DNA of 64,000 nt from Chloroflexota bacterium. Its GTDB lineage: Bacteria; Chloroflexota; Dehalococcoidia; GIF9; AB-539-J10. This document shows, one piece after another, positions 1-9,613 of this stretch (positions are counted from its first letter, which is position 1; every line of letters begins with the position of its first letter). Where the stretch lies: the NCBI GenBank assembly GCA_037444365.1, contig JBBIMO010000002.1:7871-71870 (forward strand), in the 5' to 3' direction. The position numbers and the translations under genes are program-made. The notes beneath the pieces were generated by a model that had not been told where the DNA came from, made no database searches, and saw only the letters and a list, made by a program, of their open reading frames with translations.

Positions 1-281
1 CTCAAGGAGGACGTCTGCAAGATCTGGATGTAGCTGTGGAGAAATATGGTGATGCCCTGAATATGACGCTGGCTAGGATAGAGTCGGGACGCGGTAAGGG
101 GCTGGCTACCAGAAACATAACGGCATCTGTGGCTGCGACTACGGCAGAGCATCTTTCTGCACTGAATAATGTCTATGAGACAGCGCCGGAGGAAGCCAAG
201 GCGGCCATAGCAAGAGCGATGGAAAAGGCACGAATAGCTCATGATTGGGCAGCCGAAAGATTGCAGCAGATGGGTCCATGA
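1..281 (+). CDS. 3' end of a DUF5667-like membrane/coiled-coil protein, truncated by the window edge. Paralog of the 2081-3166 gene.
   Basis: The reading frame is open to position 1. It shares a block (KYxxAxNMTLARI...TxNITAxVAxxTxxHL) with the ORF at 2081-3166. Confidence 0.5.
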   Translation, partial: QGGRLQDLDVAVEKYGDALNMTLARIESGRGKGLATRNITASVAATTAEHLSALNNVYETAPEEAKAAIARAMEKARIAHDWAAERLQQMGP

Positions 282-710
282 ACTCCTTCTGCTAGCATGG
301 GGAATACGCGCGGACGTGAAAGAAAGGTAGGCAGAGTAGCGATTCCCGGGTGGGAATTGGCGATACCGCGATTCCACGATAGCCTTGATTCTACGACAAG
401 AGATGTGGTGAATCGGGCATTGCGCTTCCAACGCATGGGAGTGCCAAAGGAGGGCGGTGGAGGGCAGCAAATCAAAGGGGCTTTATCTGACCGAAAGTGA
501 GGTCCTCGGCTTGAGCTCGGAGAATACAGGCAATGAGGAGCCTGCAATGAGGCTTGTTGTCTGTTGTGATAGGCGAGTTAGCGCGATTCAATTTCGGAAA
601 TGACCCCAAGAACTCTCAGGGTGCTTGCTAGGCCAATCTCTCTGTTGAAAGTGCAGCGAGTGATACGGAAAGCACTACAAGCTGCACATTACAAAGAGGT
701 TCAGCGTTAT

Positions 711-1829
711 GTGGCAAGGGTCAGCGTCTTTTTGATTGTAGTAGCCCTGGCTGTTGGAATGGTGGGCTGCGCTTCTTCTCCTGTTGAAGTCAAGGATTGG
801 TATGACTTGGATGCTATTAGACACAACATGAAGGGCTACTATCTTCTGATGAACGACATTGATTCCACCACCCCCGGGTATGAGGATCTGGCGGGCAGGA
901 CAGCCAATGGAGGAAAGGGGTGGCAGCCAATCGGGAATTCCTATAGGCGCTTTGTTGGAAAGTTTGACGGTCAGAGTCATGTGATAGGGGACGTATTCGT
1001 CAATCGGCCTGATGAGGCGCCAGGGGGGCTTTTTGGTGCCGTCGGTAAGGGAGGAGTAATCCAGAATGTCGGCGTGATGAATGCAAGTGTGACTGCCGAG
1101 TGGCTCGTCGGTGCACTGGTGGGGGGTAATTGGGGCACAGTGACGAACTGCTATTCGACCGGGACCGTCACTGGCGATGACTATGTGGGTGGTCTGGTGG
1201 GAGGCAGTGGGGGCGATGTGAGCAATTCCTATTGCACAGCCAGCGTGACTGGCTATCGAGATGTTGGTGGCTTGTTGGGATCTAATGATTGTTACGGCAC
1301 TGTGAGCATGTGCTATTTTGCCGGCAACGTAACTGGCGACTGGGCGATTGGTGGTTTGTTGGGCAGTAATCTCGGCGGCACCATAAGATACTCCTATTCT
1401 GCGGGCAATGTGAGTGGAGGCGATTATGTTGGCAGCCTGGTCGGCGATAATCAGGGCAGCGTGAGCAATTGCTATTCCGTAGGCGACGTGAACGGCGATT
1501 GGCACGTCGGGGGTCTGGTGGGATACAATCAAGGCACTGTAGACAGCTGTTACTCCACTGGTAGAGTGGCTGGCGACTGGCGTGTCGGCGGGCTCATGGG
1601 AAGCAATGAAGGCAGTGTGAGCAAATCGTTTTGGGACGCGCAAACCAGCACACAGGCTACTTCAGATGGCGGAACGCCGAAGACCACCTCAGAAATGAAG
1701 AGTGTCACCACCTTCGCACAATCGAATTGGAATATAGTTGCCGTCACTCCTAGCGTCACCAACCCGAGCTACATCTGGAATATCGTTGAGGGACAGACTT
1801 ATCCCTTCCTTAGCCGTTCATCCTTCTAA
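711..1829 (+). CDS. GLUG-motif repeat surface protein, probably a lipoprotein. The start is uncertain: the track ORF begins at 600, and an internal GTG at 711 with an upstream AAGAGG gives a signal peptide ...ALAVGMVGC.
   Basis: About eight tandem 26-28-aa repeats of the form VGGLVGxNxGxVxNCYSxGxVxGDW, which is the GLUG motif. There is a hydrophobic N-terminus with a Cys lipobox-like site. Confidence 0.7.
   Translation: MARVSVFLIVVALAVGMVGCASSPVEVKDWYDLDAIRHNMKGYYLLMNDIDSTTPGYEDLAGRTANGGKGWQPIGNSYRRFVGKFDGQSHVIGDVFVNRPDEAPGGLFGAVGKGGVIQNVGVMNASVTAEWLVGALVGGNWGTVTNCYSTGTVTGDDYVGGLVGGSGGDVSNSYCTASVTGYRDVGGLLGSNDCYGTVSMCYFAGNVTGDWAIGGLLGSNLGGTIRYSYSAGNVSGGDYVGSLVGDNQGSVSNCYSVGDVNGDWHVGGLVGYNQGTVDSCYSTGRVAGDWRVGGLMGSNEGSVSKSFWDAQTSTQATSDGGTPKTTSEMKSVTTFAQSNWNIVAVTPSVTNPSYIWNIVEGQTYPFLSRSSF
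1017..1635 (+). repeat. Intragenic tandem repeat encoding the GLUG modules. The period is about 78-84 bp with about eight copies.
   Basis: The periodic GDWxVGGLxG...CYSxG units are visible in the translation of the 600-1829 ORF. Confidence 0.6.
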
Positions 1830-2080
1830 GATAGGTTCCCTCCACCCCGGATCCAAACAGCCTGAACAAGTGTCTCTGTGTGCTTTGGCTGCTGGAGTGG
1901 CTGCTAAGGATTGTATTCTGGAGTTTCTCAATCACCCGATTTGAAATCCTTCCCAGTTGTCAACCAAAGGCGGGCGTGCGGCTTGTGGGGCAGAGTCCTG
2001 GCAGGCGTGCTGTAACAAAACGGTAATGGTTTCGTTATAAGGGTTGGGCAAAACTAATACTGAATCGAAGGAGGTTAAGA

Positions 2081-3166
2081 GTGAAGAGGCTCAAAATAAG
2101 AACGGCAGGTGTAATCATAACAATTGTGGTGCTGCTCCTTCTCTTGGTCGGGGGTACCGTTTACGCAGCGCAGGACAGTCTGCCGGGCGACGGGCTCTAC
2201 CCGGTAAAACTCGCTGCTGAGCGGGCGGGGGTTATGCTGAGGGGGAATGACGTTGTGAGAGCAGAAAGAGCTCTAAGCTTCGCCAACAGGAGAGTGAGGG
2301 AAATGGCGATGCTGACTGAAAGGGAACAGCTGCGGTACCTTAGCCCGGCTGTGGGGAAATATGAACAAGCTATGAACATGACACTGGCTCGAATACGAAT
2401 AGTGGCCAACAACAGGCTGCGCACGGGAAACATAACTGCCATGGTAGCTGAGGCTACAACACATCATCTTCTGGTGCTTGATATTGCTTGGGATACAGCA
2501 TCGTCTGAGGGGAAGTTGGCGATAGCACGTGCAAGAGAGGTGGCGCAGAGAGGGCAGGAAAATGCATTGTCAGCCCTGGCAAACGAGAGTCCGGGATGGG
2601 CCATGCAGATTAATCTGGCGGCTATGGGGGAGAGGCTGAACAGGGTGAGGGTGATGGCCGAACATGGGAATACTACGGGCATAGAGAATGCGATATGGCA
2701 GTGTGAGGGAATGACCGTGTTCGGTGACAAGATCTACGGAATCGCGCAACAAGTGGGCAAGGACACGCAGAAGATAGAAGAGTTTGTGGCGTCGGCGGCT
2801 TGTAGACAATTGGAGGAGCTTGCTGAAGTCTGGGGAAGAGTGTCGGAACCGGCTCAACCAGTTATGGAGAGAGTGATGGCCAAGTTGCTCATACAGTATC
2901 GCTGGGCAGCCCGAGCGATGGAACACAGGGGGGTTGAATCGCCCAGGGCTCCAGTTATTCCTGAACCAATTCGACAGCGACTGGAGGAGGGAATCAGGGA
3001 ACAGCAACGGATGCAGCAGCAACAGATGACGTCGATGCAAGAGAGAGCGCAGGAACAGGAGGTGATTCAGGAGCAAGAAAGGGCACGGAAAGAGCAAAGG
3101 ATGCGGGAACAACGCATGGAGGGGAGACTTGGCGGCACAGATGACGTGCTAGCAGGGTGGCCCTAA
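2081..3166 (+). CDS. DUF5667-like membrane-anchored protein with a C-terminal Gln/Glu/Arg-rich coiled coil.
   Basis: It has an N-terminal TM helix, a 'SLPGDGLYPVKLAAE' motif typical of DUF5667, and a QEQERARKEQRMREQRME tail. An RBS (GAAGGAGG) precedes the GTG/ATG start. Confidence 0.6.
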   Translation: MKRLKIRTAGVIITIVVLLLLLVGGTVYAAQDSLPGDGLYPVKLAAERAGVMLRGNDVVRAERALSFANRRVREMAMLTEREQLRYLSPAVGKYEQAMNMTLARIRIVANNRLRTGNITAMVAEATTHHLLVLDIAWDTASSEGKLAIARAREVAQRGQENALSALANESPGWAMQINLAAMGERLNRVRVMAEHGNTTGIENAIWQCEGMTVFGDKIYGIAQQVGKDTQKIEEFVASAACRQLEELAEVWGRVSEPAQPVMERVMAKLLIQYRWAARAMEHRGVESPRAPVIPEPIRQRLEEGIREQQRMQQQQMTSMQERAQEQEVIQEQERARKEQRMREQRMEGRLGGTDDVLAGWP

Positions 3167-3242
3167 GACTATGAGCGACCCGACTTGGGTACTAGGGAAT
3201 CAGTAGCCAGTGGCAAAAAAGATCTGAAAAAGGAGGATAAGC

Positions 3243-4142
3243 ATGAAAAATATTGTACTGGGAGTAGTAATTGTGGCGGTGCTCGTGGCATTGGGAGTAG
3301 GTTGCGGAACTACGGGACAAACATCAGGAACGGGAACCTTGGAACTCTATCTTTCCGATTCGCCAACAGACGCTGAAAATGTTACCGGTGTGTACATCAC
3401 TATTAACGAAATCCAATATCATATGAATGACCAATGGATAACCTGCGAGGAATTCGAGGGCCCCAAAACATATGACTTACTGGAACTAACCAACGGGAAC
3501 TCCGCACTATTAGGCGAGTTAGTATTACCCGGTGGGCATTACAATCAAATTCGCTTCATGCTGGATATTCCACAAATGGGCCAGAATCCGGCCAATCCAG
3601 GCTGCTACATCACATTCGCTGATAATTCCACCCGGCCTCTCTTCGTCCCCAGCGGTAACACGACAGGCTACAAGGCAGTTGGAGCATTTGTTGTGCCAGT
3701 CAACGGAACTGTGGAGATTACTGCAGACTTTGATGTTCGTAAAGCTGTCCAGCTGGCAGCTTCCCACTACATCTTACGGCCAACAATCAGGTTGGTGGTC
3801 AACAACGAAGCAGGGCGCATCTCTGGTTTAATTACCAACGAATCCGGCTACACAGACATAATTGTTTTCGCCTATGCAGATGGAACGTGGACCGACACGG
3901 AAGACGATGAGCCAGTAGCTCCGGACCCCAGATTTCCTAATGCGATTCACAGCGGGAAGATGTGTGACGACGGCCATTACACAATACCCTATTTGGTCGC
4001 CGGAACTTATGATCTGGTTGTCGCCGGGTATAACGGCGCCAGCTTCGAAAAGGTGCTGGGTTTCGTATCCAATGTGGAAGTTGTAAGCAACCGCACCACG
4101 ATTCAACATATAGACACCGATGCTCTGGAGGCTAGCCATTAG
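3243..4142 (+). CDS. DUF4382 domain lipoprotein.
   Basis: It has a signal peptide with a lipobox (LGVGCG). The N-terminal 'LELYLSDSPTDAENVTGVYITINEIQYH...DQW' matches the DUF4382 signature. The RBS is AAAGGAGG. Confidence 0.6.
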   Translation: MKNIVLGVVIVAVLVALGVGCGTTGQTSGTGTLELYLSDSPTDAENVTGVYITINEIQYHMNDQWITCEEFEGPKTYDLLELTNGNSALLGELVLPGGHYNQIRFMLDIPQMGQNPANPGCYITFADNSTRPLFVPSGNTTGYKAVGAFVVPVNGTVEITADFDVRKAVQLAASHYILRPTIRLVVNNEAGRISGLITNESGYTDIIVFAYADGTWTDTEDDEPVAPDPRFPNAIHSGKMCDDGHYTIPYLVAGTYDLVVAGYNGASFEKVLGFVSNVEVVSNRTTIQHIDTDALEASH

Positions 4143-4302
4143 ACCATGTGATTGACTGTTGCTGGATTTATCCGTTGCGGGTACACGATCCAAAACGCTG
4201 TATCCGCAACGGGTAAGTCCTCTCAGAATCTGTACCTGGCGTACTCGTAATGTCTATGGCAAATCGTGTTTGGATTTCGAAAAGAGGCAAAATACTCCTC
4301 GA

Positions 4303-4968
4303 ATGGGCCGGAGCCTGTTTATGAAGAGATACTCTGTAATCCTCCTCACCTGTGGAATCGTCCTTGGCTTACTCATCGTGCCCGGGTTGAGTTGCGTTGC
4401 CTACTACCAGAGCCCGACAGGTACTCTGTTTGGCATGACGGAGTCTGAAATCAGGGCCTACATCACGCCTGAATGCAGTTTGGTTAGGCAAAGTCTGCAA
4501 ACCATCGTTGGTGCTCCCCCGTATGAGCCTTCCAAAAGCGGCTTCGCAGCCATCCGGGATTGGGTTGCTGCTAGTGTCGAATACAAGAGCGACCAGGAGC
4601 AATGGGGCGTTATCGACTATTGGCAGACCCCGGATGAAACATTAGCCCTGCACACCGGAGATTGCGAGGATTTCGCCATTCTGCTTTGTACCCTCCTCAG
4701 AGCGTATGGAATTCCTGCGGAGCAGATGTATGTTGCTGTTGGCGTTGACAATCAAGGGCATGGCCATGCCTTCCTGATAGAGAACTGGTATCTCGGCGGG
4801 GAATGGCGGGCCATAGAGCCGCAGGTGGGCACCCAGACCTTTCCGCCGGGGCGTCGCTTCAAGGACTATAACCTGGCCGATTTTAAACTGCTCCGTGACT
4901 ACGAAATCGTCGCGGGCTTCAATGACTCCTACTATTACGATGCCTCGTTTCCGTGGGATGAAGGTTAA
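4303..4968 (+). CDS. Transglutaminase-like cysteine protease-fold protein, secreted or membrane-anchored.
   Basis: The core is 'HTGDCEDFAILLCTLLRAYGIPA...GHGHAF...EPQ', a Cys/His/Asp transglutaminase-like triad. It has an N-terminal TM/signal segment. The start may be 4303 or 4321. Confidence 0.65.
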   Translation: MGRSLFMKRYSVILLTCGIVLGLLIVPGLSCVAYYQSPTGTLFGMTESEIRAYITPECSLVRQSLQTIVGAPPYEPSKSGFAAIRDWVAASVEYKSDQEQWGVIDYWQTPDETLALHTGDCEDFAILLCTLLRAYGIPAEQMYVAVGVDNQGHGHAFLIENWYLGGEWRAIEPQVGTQTFPPGRRFKDYNLADFKLLRDYEIVAGFNDSYYYDASFPWDEG

Positions 4969-4992
4969 GGAGGGGCACCCTGTGCGGGGGCG

Positions 4993-5928
4993 TCAATAGG
5001 CGGAGATGGGTTGTTTGTCGGTGATAAGTCTCTTCCTGGCAGCTAGCTTCCGGCGGATATGCTTGGGGATGGTGAAGATCCCTTGGTGGGTGAAGCCATC
5101 GTAGGACTTCAGCCTGTTTGAGATTCTGGTTGAGATTCTGGCATCGATTTCCTCTGCTGTCAGCTCACATGGGTCAAGGCTTTGAGAAGCCGCGACGAAG
5201 CCCCACAAGCCAAAGAAGGAGGGCACATGTACTTGATAGGGGCGGGCTATCGGGAAGACGTCTCTTAGAGTATTGACAATAGCGGTGAAGTTGTCCAGAT
5301 TTCTCCAGTCGGAAGGTTCAGCCTGCACTGACATGATGCCGGCTGGCCCAAGTTTCCGTTTAACTATCTGATAGAATTCCCGGGTGTATAGCAAGCGTGC
5401 TGGTCCCTGCTCCAAAGGGTCAACCAGGTCAATGATGATGACATCGAACCTGCCGCTGCTCCTTTCCAGGTATTCTCTGGCGTCAGCAAAATGAAGCTCT
5501 GCCCTGGGGTCATCGAAGGCATTCCGGTGCCAGGAGGGCAAGAAGCGGCGACAGAGACTGACCACCTCTTCATCAATATCCACCATGACAGCCTTCTTCA
5601 CCGTTCTGTGTGCCAGCACCTCTCTTAACGTAGCACCCTCGCCTCCCCCGGCGATAAGCACTCTTTCCGGCCGGGGATGCGTCAGCATGGCTGGATGCAC
5701 CAGAGCTTCGTGATATATGAATTCATCCGCCTCGCTGGACTGGATCTTGCCGTCCAGAACGAGACAAACGCCGAAGCTGCCCGTATTGATGATATCTACG
5801 GACTGAAACTTACTTCGCCCTGAATAAATCCTTTCCTTAGTGCTATGCAGCACAGTGATGTCAGGAGTTATATAGTCAGAGAAGTATTTATGTTTATCAG
5901 GGTCGCTGTCTCTTTTCATTTTATGCAT
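4993..5928 (-). CDS. speE: Polyamine aminopropyltransferase (spermidine synthase).
   Basis: It has VLDGKIQSSEADEFIYHEALVHP and the GGGEGATLREVL and VDIDEEVV motifs. Its 5' end overlaps the 3' end of speH (5916-5928), which lies upstream on this strand. Confidence 0.9.
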   Translation of the reverse strand: MHKMKRDSDPDKHKYFSDYITPDITVLHSTKERIYSGRSKFQSVDIINTGSFGVCLVLDGKIQSSEADEFIYHEALVHPAMLTHPRPERVLIAGGGEGATLREVLAHRTVKKAVMVDIDEEVVSLCRRFLPSWHRNAFDDPRAELHFADAREYLERSSGRFDVIIIDLVDPLEQGPARLLYTREFYQIVKRKLGPAGIMSVQAEPSDWRNLDNFTAIVNTLRDVFPIARPYQVHVPSFFGLWGFVAASQSLDPCELTAEEIDARISTRISNRLKSYDGFTHQGIFTIPKHIRRKLAARKRLITDKQPISAY

Positions 5929-6290
5929 CCAACCTGGCTATCCTCCATGACTCCCCTGCGAAGTTCGATTAAGGAGTGGGATTTGGCTCCCAGCCTCTCT
6001 GTTATGAATTTTGCAGCCTTTTCCGGGTCTACAGTGCTCCCACAGGTGAACACATCCACGGCAGCATATCTGTGCTCCGGCCAGGTGTGAATGGCAATGT
6101 GTGATTCGGCGATATTGACGACTCCGCTTACACCCTGGGGGGAGAAATGATAGAAGGACTCGCCAACTACTGTAGCGCCACATCGAGTGGCAGCTTCGTT
6201 AAGACATTCCTGCAGGAAACCTAGGTCATCTAGCACCTCCTTATTGCAGATTTTCAGTTCTAGTAACAGATGTCTTCCAAGCGCATACAA
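5916..6290 (-). CDS. speH: S-adenosylmethionine decarboxylase proenzyme (small class 1, pyruvoyl-dependent).
   Basis: The sequence FSPQGVSGVVNIAESHIAIHTWPEHRYAAVDVFTCG matches AdoMetDC. An RBS (GGAGGG) lies upstream of the ATG at 6290. Confidence 0.85.
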   Translation of the reverse strand: MYALGRHLLLELKICNKEVLDDLGFLQECLNEAATRCGATVVGESFYHFSPQGVSGVVNIAESHIAIHTWPEHRYAAVDVFTCGSTVDPEKAAKFITERLGAKSHSLIELRRGVMEDSQVGCIK

Positions 6291-6411
6291 ATCACCTTCC
6301 CTCCTTCAAATTTCTTGTTGCCTTTCTAGGCAGCGACGCAAATTTTATATAATGCGCATTCTTTTAGCAATACTCTAAGACTTTCTGTTAGAATAAACGG
6401 GAGCGATACGT

Positions 6412-6645
6412 ATGTCAGCAACCGAATCACTGGCTACTGTGCGCACTTCCAGGTACATGGAGGCGCAGATAATCAAGGGACGCCTGGAGAGTGAAGGCAT
6501 ACCTGTCCTCTTGAGCTATGAGAGCGCCGGCCTGATTTATGGGCTTACGGTTGATGGATTGGGCGAGGTTAAGATAATGGTGCCCCGGCATCTGGCTGCG
6601 GAAGCCAGGGAAATCCTGGAAGTTAGTCTGGGAAGCAAAGAGTAA
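6412..6645 (+). CDS. DUF2007 (putative signal-transducing) small protein.
   Basis: It is 77 aa and resembles DUF2007 (ARxxxAEAQIIKGRLESEGIPV...). It is preceded by an A/T-rich region containing TATATAAT. Confidence 0.5.
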   Translation: MSATESLATVRTSRYMEAQIIKGRLESEGIPVLLSYESAGLIYGLTVDGLGEVKIMVPRHLAAEAREILEVSLGSKE

Positions 6646-6692
6646 GTTCTGAATTCTGCTGTGTAGTTTTGAGTTTTGTCGTTTGATTTTTC

Positions 6693-8165
6693 ATGGCCTC
6701 AAGATTAGAGCGCGTAACTGAGCAGCGACTGGAGAGCCTGAACAGAATTCGGGCCCGCGGCATGGATCCCTATCCTCATTCCTACCTTCCCAGCCATACT
6801 ATTCGAGAGGCGATGATTCTCTTTGTTGCGCACGAGGCTGAAGCCTCACACTCCAGCATATCGCTGGCTGGTCGCATGATGTCCAAGCGTTCTATCGGTA
6901 AGATGTCCTTTGCTGATATTCGCGATGGCTCGGGGAAGATACAGCTTTCTTTTCGCTACGACCTCCTGGGCAAGGAGAAATACGAATTTCTTCAGGACAT
7001 TGATATTGGAGACATTATCGGGGCTACAGGTAGACTCTTCCGGACAAAAGCCGGAGAACTCACTCTGGAGGTGTCCGATTTTGCCATGCTCTGTAAATCA
7101 CTGCGTCCATTGCCGGAGAAATGGCATGGGCTGGCTGACGTAGAAAAACGCTATCGTCAAAGATATCTCGACCTGATTTCTAACGAAGAGAACAGAAACA
7201 CTTTTGTCCTGCGTAGCAAGACTATCACTGCCCTAAGGGGTTTTCTTGACAGCCGAGGGTTCATGGAGGTAGAAACCCCTGTCCTTCAGCCTCATGCCGG
7301 CGGAGCGATGGCACGCCCTTTTGTCACTCATCACCACGCCCTTAACCAGGACCTCTACTTACGAATTGCTCTGGAGCTCCACCTCAAAAGACTGGTGGTC
7401 GGTGGCTTCGACAGGGTCTATGAGATCGGACGCACCTTTCGCAACGAGGGCATTTCTACCATGCATAACCCGGAGTTTACTTTGCTCGAGTGTTATCAGG
7501 CCTACGCCGATTACAATGACATCATGAGGTTGGTTGAGGAGATGTTCTCTCACCTGGCAAAAAGCGTTCTCGGCGACACCAGGATTACGCGTAATGGCCA
7601 GACTGTTGACTTCGGTCACCCGTGGCAAAGAGTATATCTTCGCCAGGCAATAAAGGATTGCTGCGGCATTGATTTTGAAGGCTATCCTGATGCCGCCTCA
7701 CTGAGGGCGCGGATGGCGGAGCTCAATATGGATGTTGATCCGACTAAAGGGAAAGGCAAGCTGATAGAAGACTTGATTTCCACTTTTGTGGAGCCAAGAC
7801 TTGTTCAGCCTACGTTTCTTCTGGATTACCCGGTGGAAATGTCGCCTCTGGCCAAGAGGAAGAGGGGGGATGATCAGTTGGTGGAGAGGTTTGAGGGTTT
7901 CGTGTATGGTATGGAGGTTGCTAACGCCTTCACTGAGCTCAATGACCCGCTGGAGCAAAGAGAGAGGTTTCGCCAGCAACTGCAGGACCGGGTAGGTGAT
8001 GAGGAAGCGGAAATCGGAGACGAGGATTTTCTCCAGGCTCTGGAGTACGGTATGCCGCCCACTGGCGGATTGGGAGTAGGCATTGACCGACTGGTGATGC
8101 TGCTCACCGGGCAGCAATCTGTCCGGGAAGTGATACTATTTCCCCAGCTAAAGACGATGAAATGA
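6693..8165 (+). CDS. lysS: Lysine--tRNA ligase (class II).
   Basis: It has FRNEGISTMHNPEFTLLECYQAYADY and the class II motifs, with an N-terminal OB anticodon-binding region. Confidence 0.95.
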   Translation: MASRLERVTEQRLESLNRIRARGMDPYPHSYLPSHTIREAMILFVAHEAEASHSSISLAGRMMSKRSIGKMSFADIRDGSGKIQLSFRYDLLGKEKYEFLQDIDIGDIIGATGRLFRTKAGELTLEVSDFAMLCKSLRPLPEKWHGLADVEKRYRQRYLDLISNEENRNTFVLRSKTITALRGFLDSRGFMEVETPVLQPHAGGAMARPFVTHHHALNQDLYLRIALELHLKRLVVGGFDRVYEIGRTFRNEGISTMHNPEFTLLECYQAYADYNDIMRLVEEMFSHLAKSVLGDTRITRNGQTVDFGHPWQRVYLRQAIKDCCGIDFEGYPDAASLRARMAELNMDVDPTKGKGKLIEDLISTFVEPRLVQPTFLLDYPVEMSPLAKRKRGDDQLVERFEGFVYGMEVANAFTELNDPLEQRERFRQQLQDRVGDEEAEIGDEDFLQALEYGMPPTGGLGVGIDRLVMLLTGQQSVREVILFPQLKTMK

Positions 8166-8227
8166 GTAGGCAGTAGTCAGCAGTCAGAATTGATCTGAAA
8201 TCTGATTGCCTAAATCTGGAAACTGAA

Positions 8228-9478
8228 ATGCTTGATATTAAGCTGATTCGTGAGAAACCTGAGTTCGTTCGGGAGGCTCTGCAGAAAAGGGGAGATAGCT
8301 TTGCTCTCGATAGGATTCTGGAGATTGACGCACATTATCGAAACTCGCTCCGTCAGACCGAGGAACTCCGCGCCAAGCATAACGAAGCGAGCAAGAAGCT
8401 GGGACAGAGCAAAGAAAAGCCGCCCAAACTGATCGCCGAGATGCGCCAACTCGGAGAGCAGATATCATCGTTACAGCAGCAGACGAAGGAATCCAAGGCC
8501 GGCCTTGATTCCCTGCTGTTGGAGCTGCCCAACATCCCCCACCACAGCGTGCCTCTGGGAAAAGGCGCGCCTGATAATCTGGTAGTGCGTAGCTGGGGGA
8601 AGCCAAAGGAATTCCCCTTCAAGCCCTTGCCTCACTGGGAGTTAGGAGAAAGGCTGGGCATCATAGATTTCCAGCAAGGGGTGAAGCTCTCAGGGACCAG
8701 GTTCTATGTGCTCAAGGGACTGGGGGCACATCTTCAGCGAGCCCTTATCTCATTTATGCTCGATGTTCACGCAGACGAGCATGGCTACAAGGAAATCTAT
8801 CCTCCCTTCATGGTCAAGAGAGAGTGCATGGTCGGCTCCGGAAATCTACCTAAGTTCGGCGATAACTTGTACCACGATGAACAAGACGACTTCTGGTTCA
8901 TACCTACGGCAGAAGTCCCGCTGACTAACCTGCACCGCGACGAAATACTGAGTGGCGGCAATTTGCCTATTCGGTACGTCGCCTACACGCCCTGCTTTCG
9001 CCGCGAGAAGATGTCCGCCGGCAAAGACATCAGGGGCATCAAGCGAGGACACCAGTTTGACAAAGTGGAGCTCTACAAGGTTACCGACCCTGAGACTTCC
9101 GACGAGGAGCTGGAGAAACTGGTAGCTGATGCCGAGGACATTTGTCGGAAGCTGGACATAGCTCATCGTGTGGTGCAACTATGCACCGGAGACCTGGGGT
9201 TTGCAGCCTGCAAAACATACGATATTGAAATGTGGGCTCCTGGCTGCGCTGAATGGCTGGAGGTCAGTTCCTGCAGCAATTGCGGCGATTTTCAAGCCAG
9301 GCGAGCCAATATCCGCTACCGCCCTGAGGCTGGCGCCGGGACAGAGTTTGTTCACACGCTCAATGGCTCAGGACTGGCTTTGCCGCGGGTCCTTATCGCT
9401 GTGCTGGAAAACTATCAGCAACCTGATGGCACAGTATTAATCCCCGAGGTGTTGGAGCCTTATCTGAGAGTAGCCTAG
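8228..9478 (+). CDS. serS: Serine--tRNA ligase.
   Basis: It has the N-terminal coiled-coil arm (MLDIKLIREKPEFVREALQKRG...) and the class II core. Confidence 0.95.
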   Translation: MLDIKLIREKPEFVREALQKRGDSFALDRILEIDAHYRNSLRQTEELRAKHNEASKKLGQSKEKPPKLIAEMRQLGEQISSLQQQTKESKAGLDSLLLELPNIPHHSVPLGKGAPDNLVVRSWGKPKEFPFKPLPHWELGERLGIIDFQQGVKLSGTRFYVLKGLGAHLQRALISFMLDVHADEHGYKEIYPPFMVKRECMVGSGNLPKFGDNLYHDEQDDFWFIPTAEVPLTNLHRDEILSGGNLPIRYVAYTPCFRREKMSAGKDIRGIKRGHQFDKVELYKVTDPETSDEELEKLVADAEDICRKLDIAHRVVQLCTGDLGFAACKTYDIEMWAPGCAEWLEVSSCSNCGDFQARRANIRYRPEAGAGTEFVHTLNGSGLALPRVLIAVLENYQQPDGTVLIPEVLEPYLRVA

Positions 9479-9613
9479 ACACGGCGTATAGGCGCTGCGG
9501 TGCACACTATTACACTCAACAGACGAGGGAGTCTTTAGGAGTGCAGTGCGAGGCTTTAGCTTCGTTCTGCACGACCCCGAAGGAATGCGCTACGAAAACC
9601 TGGAGGTGACATC

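Noticed and set aside
675-1643. A 322-aa ORF on the minus strand inside the GLUG-repeat gene.
   Set aside because: It is antisense to a repeat-rich gene. Its translation is low-complexity (H/A/I-rich) and mirrors the repeat periodicity. It is an artefact of the repeat.
2570-3112. A 180-aa minus-strand ORF rich in His, Leu and Pro.
   Set aside because: It is antisense to the coiled-coil tail of the DUF5667 gene. Its composition is driven by the complement of Q/E/R codons.
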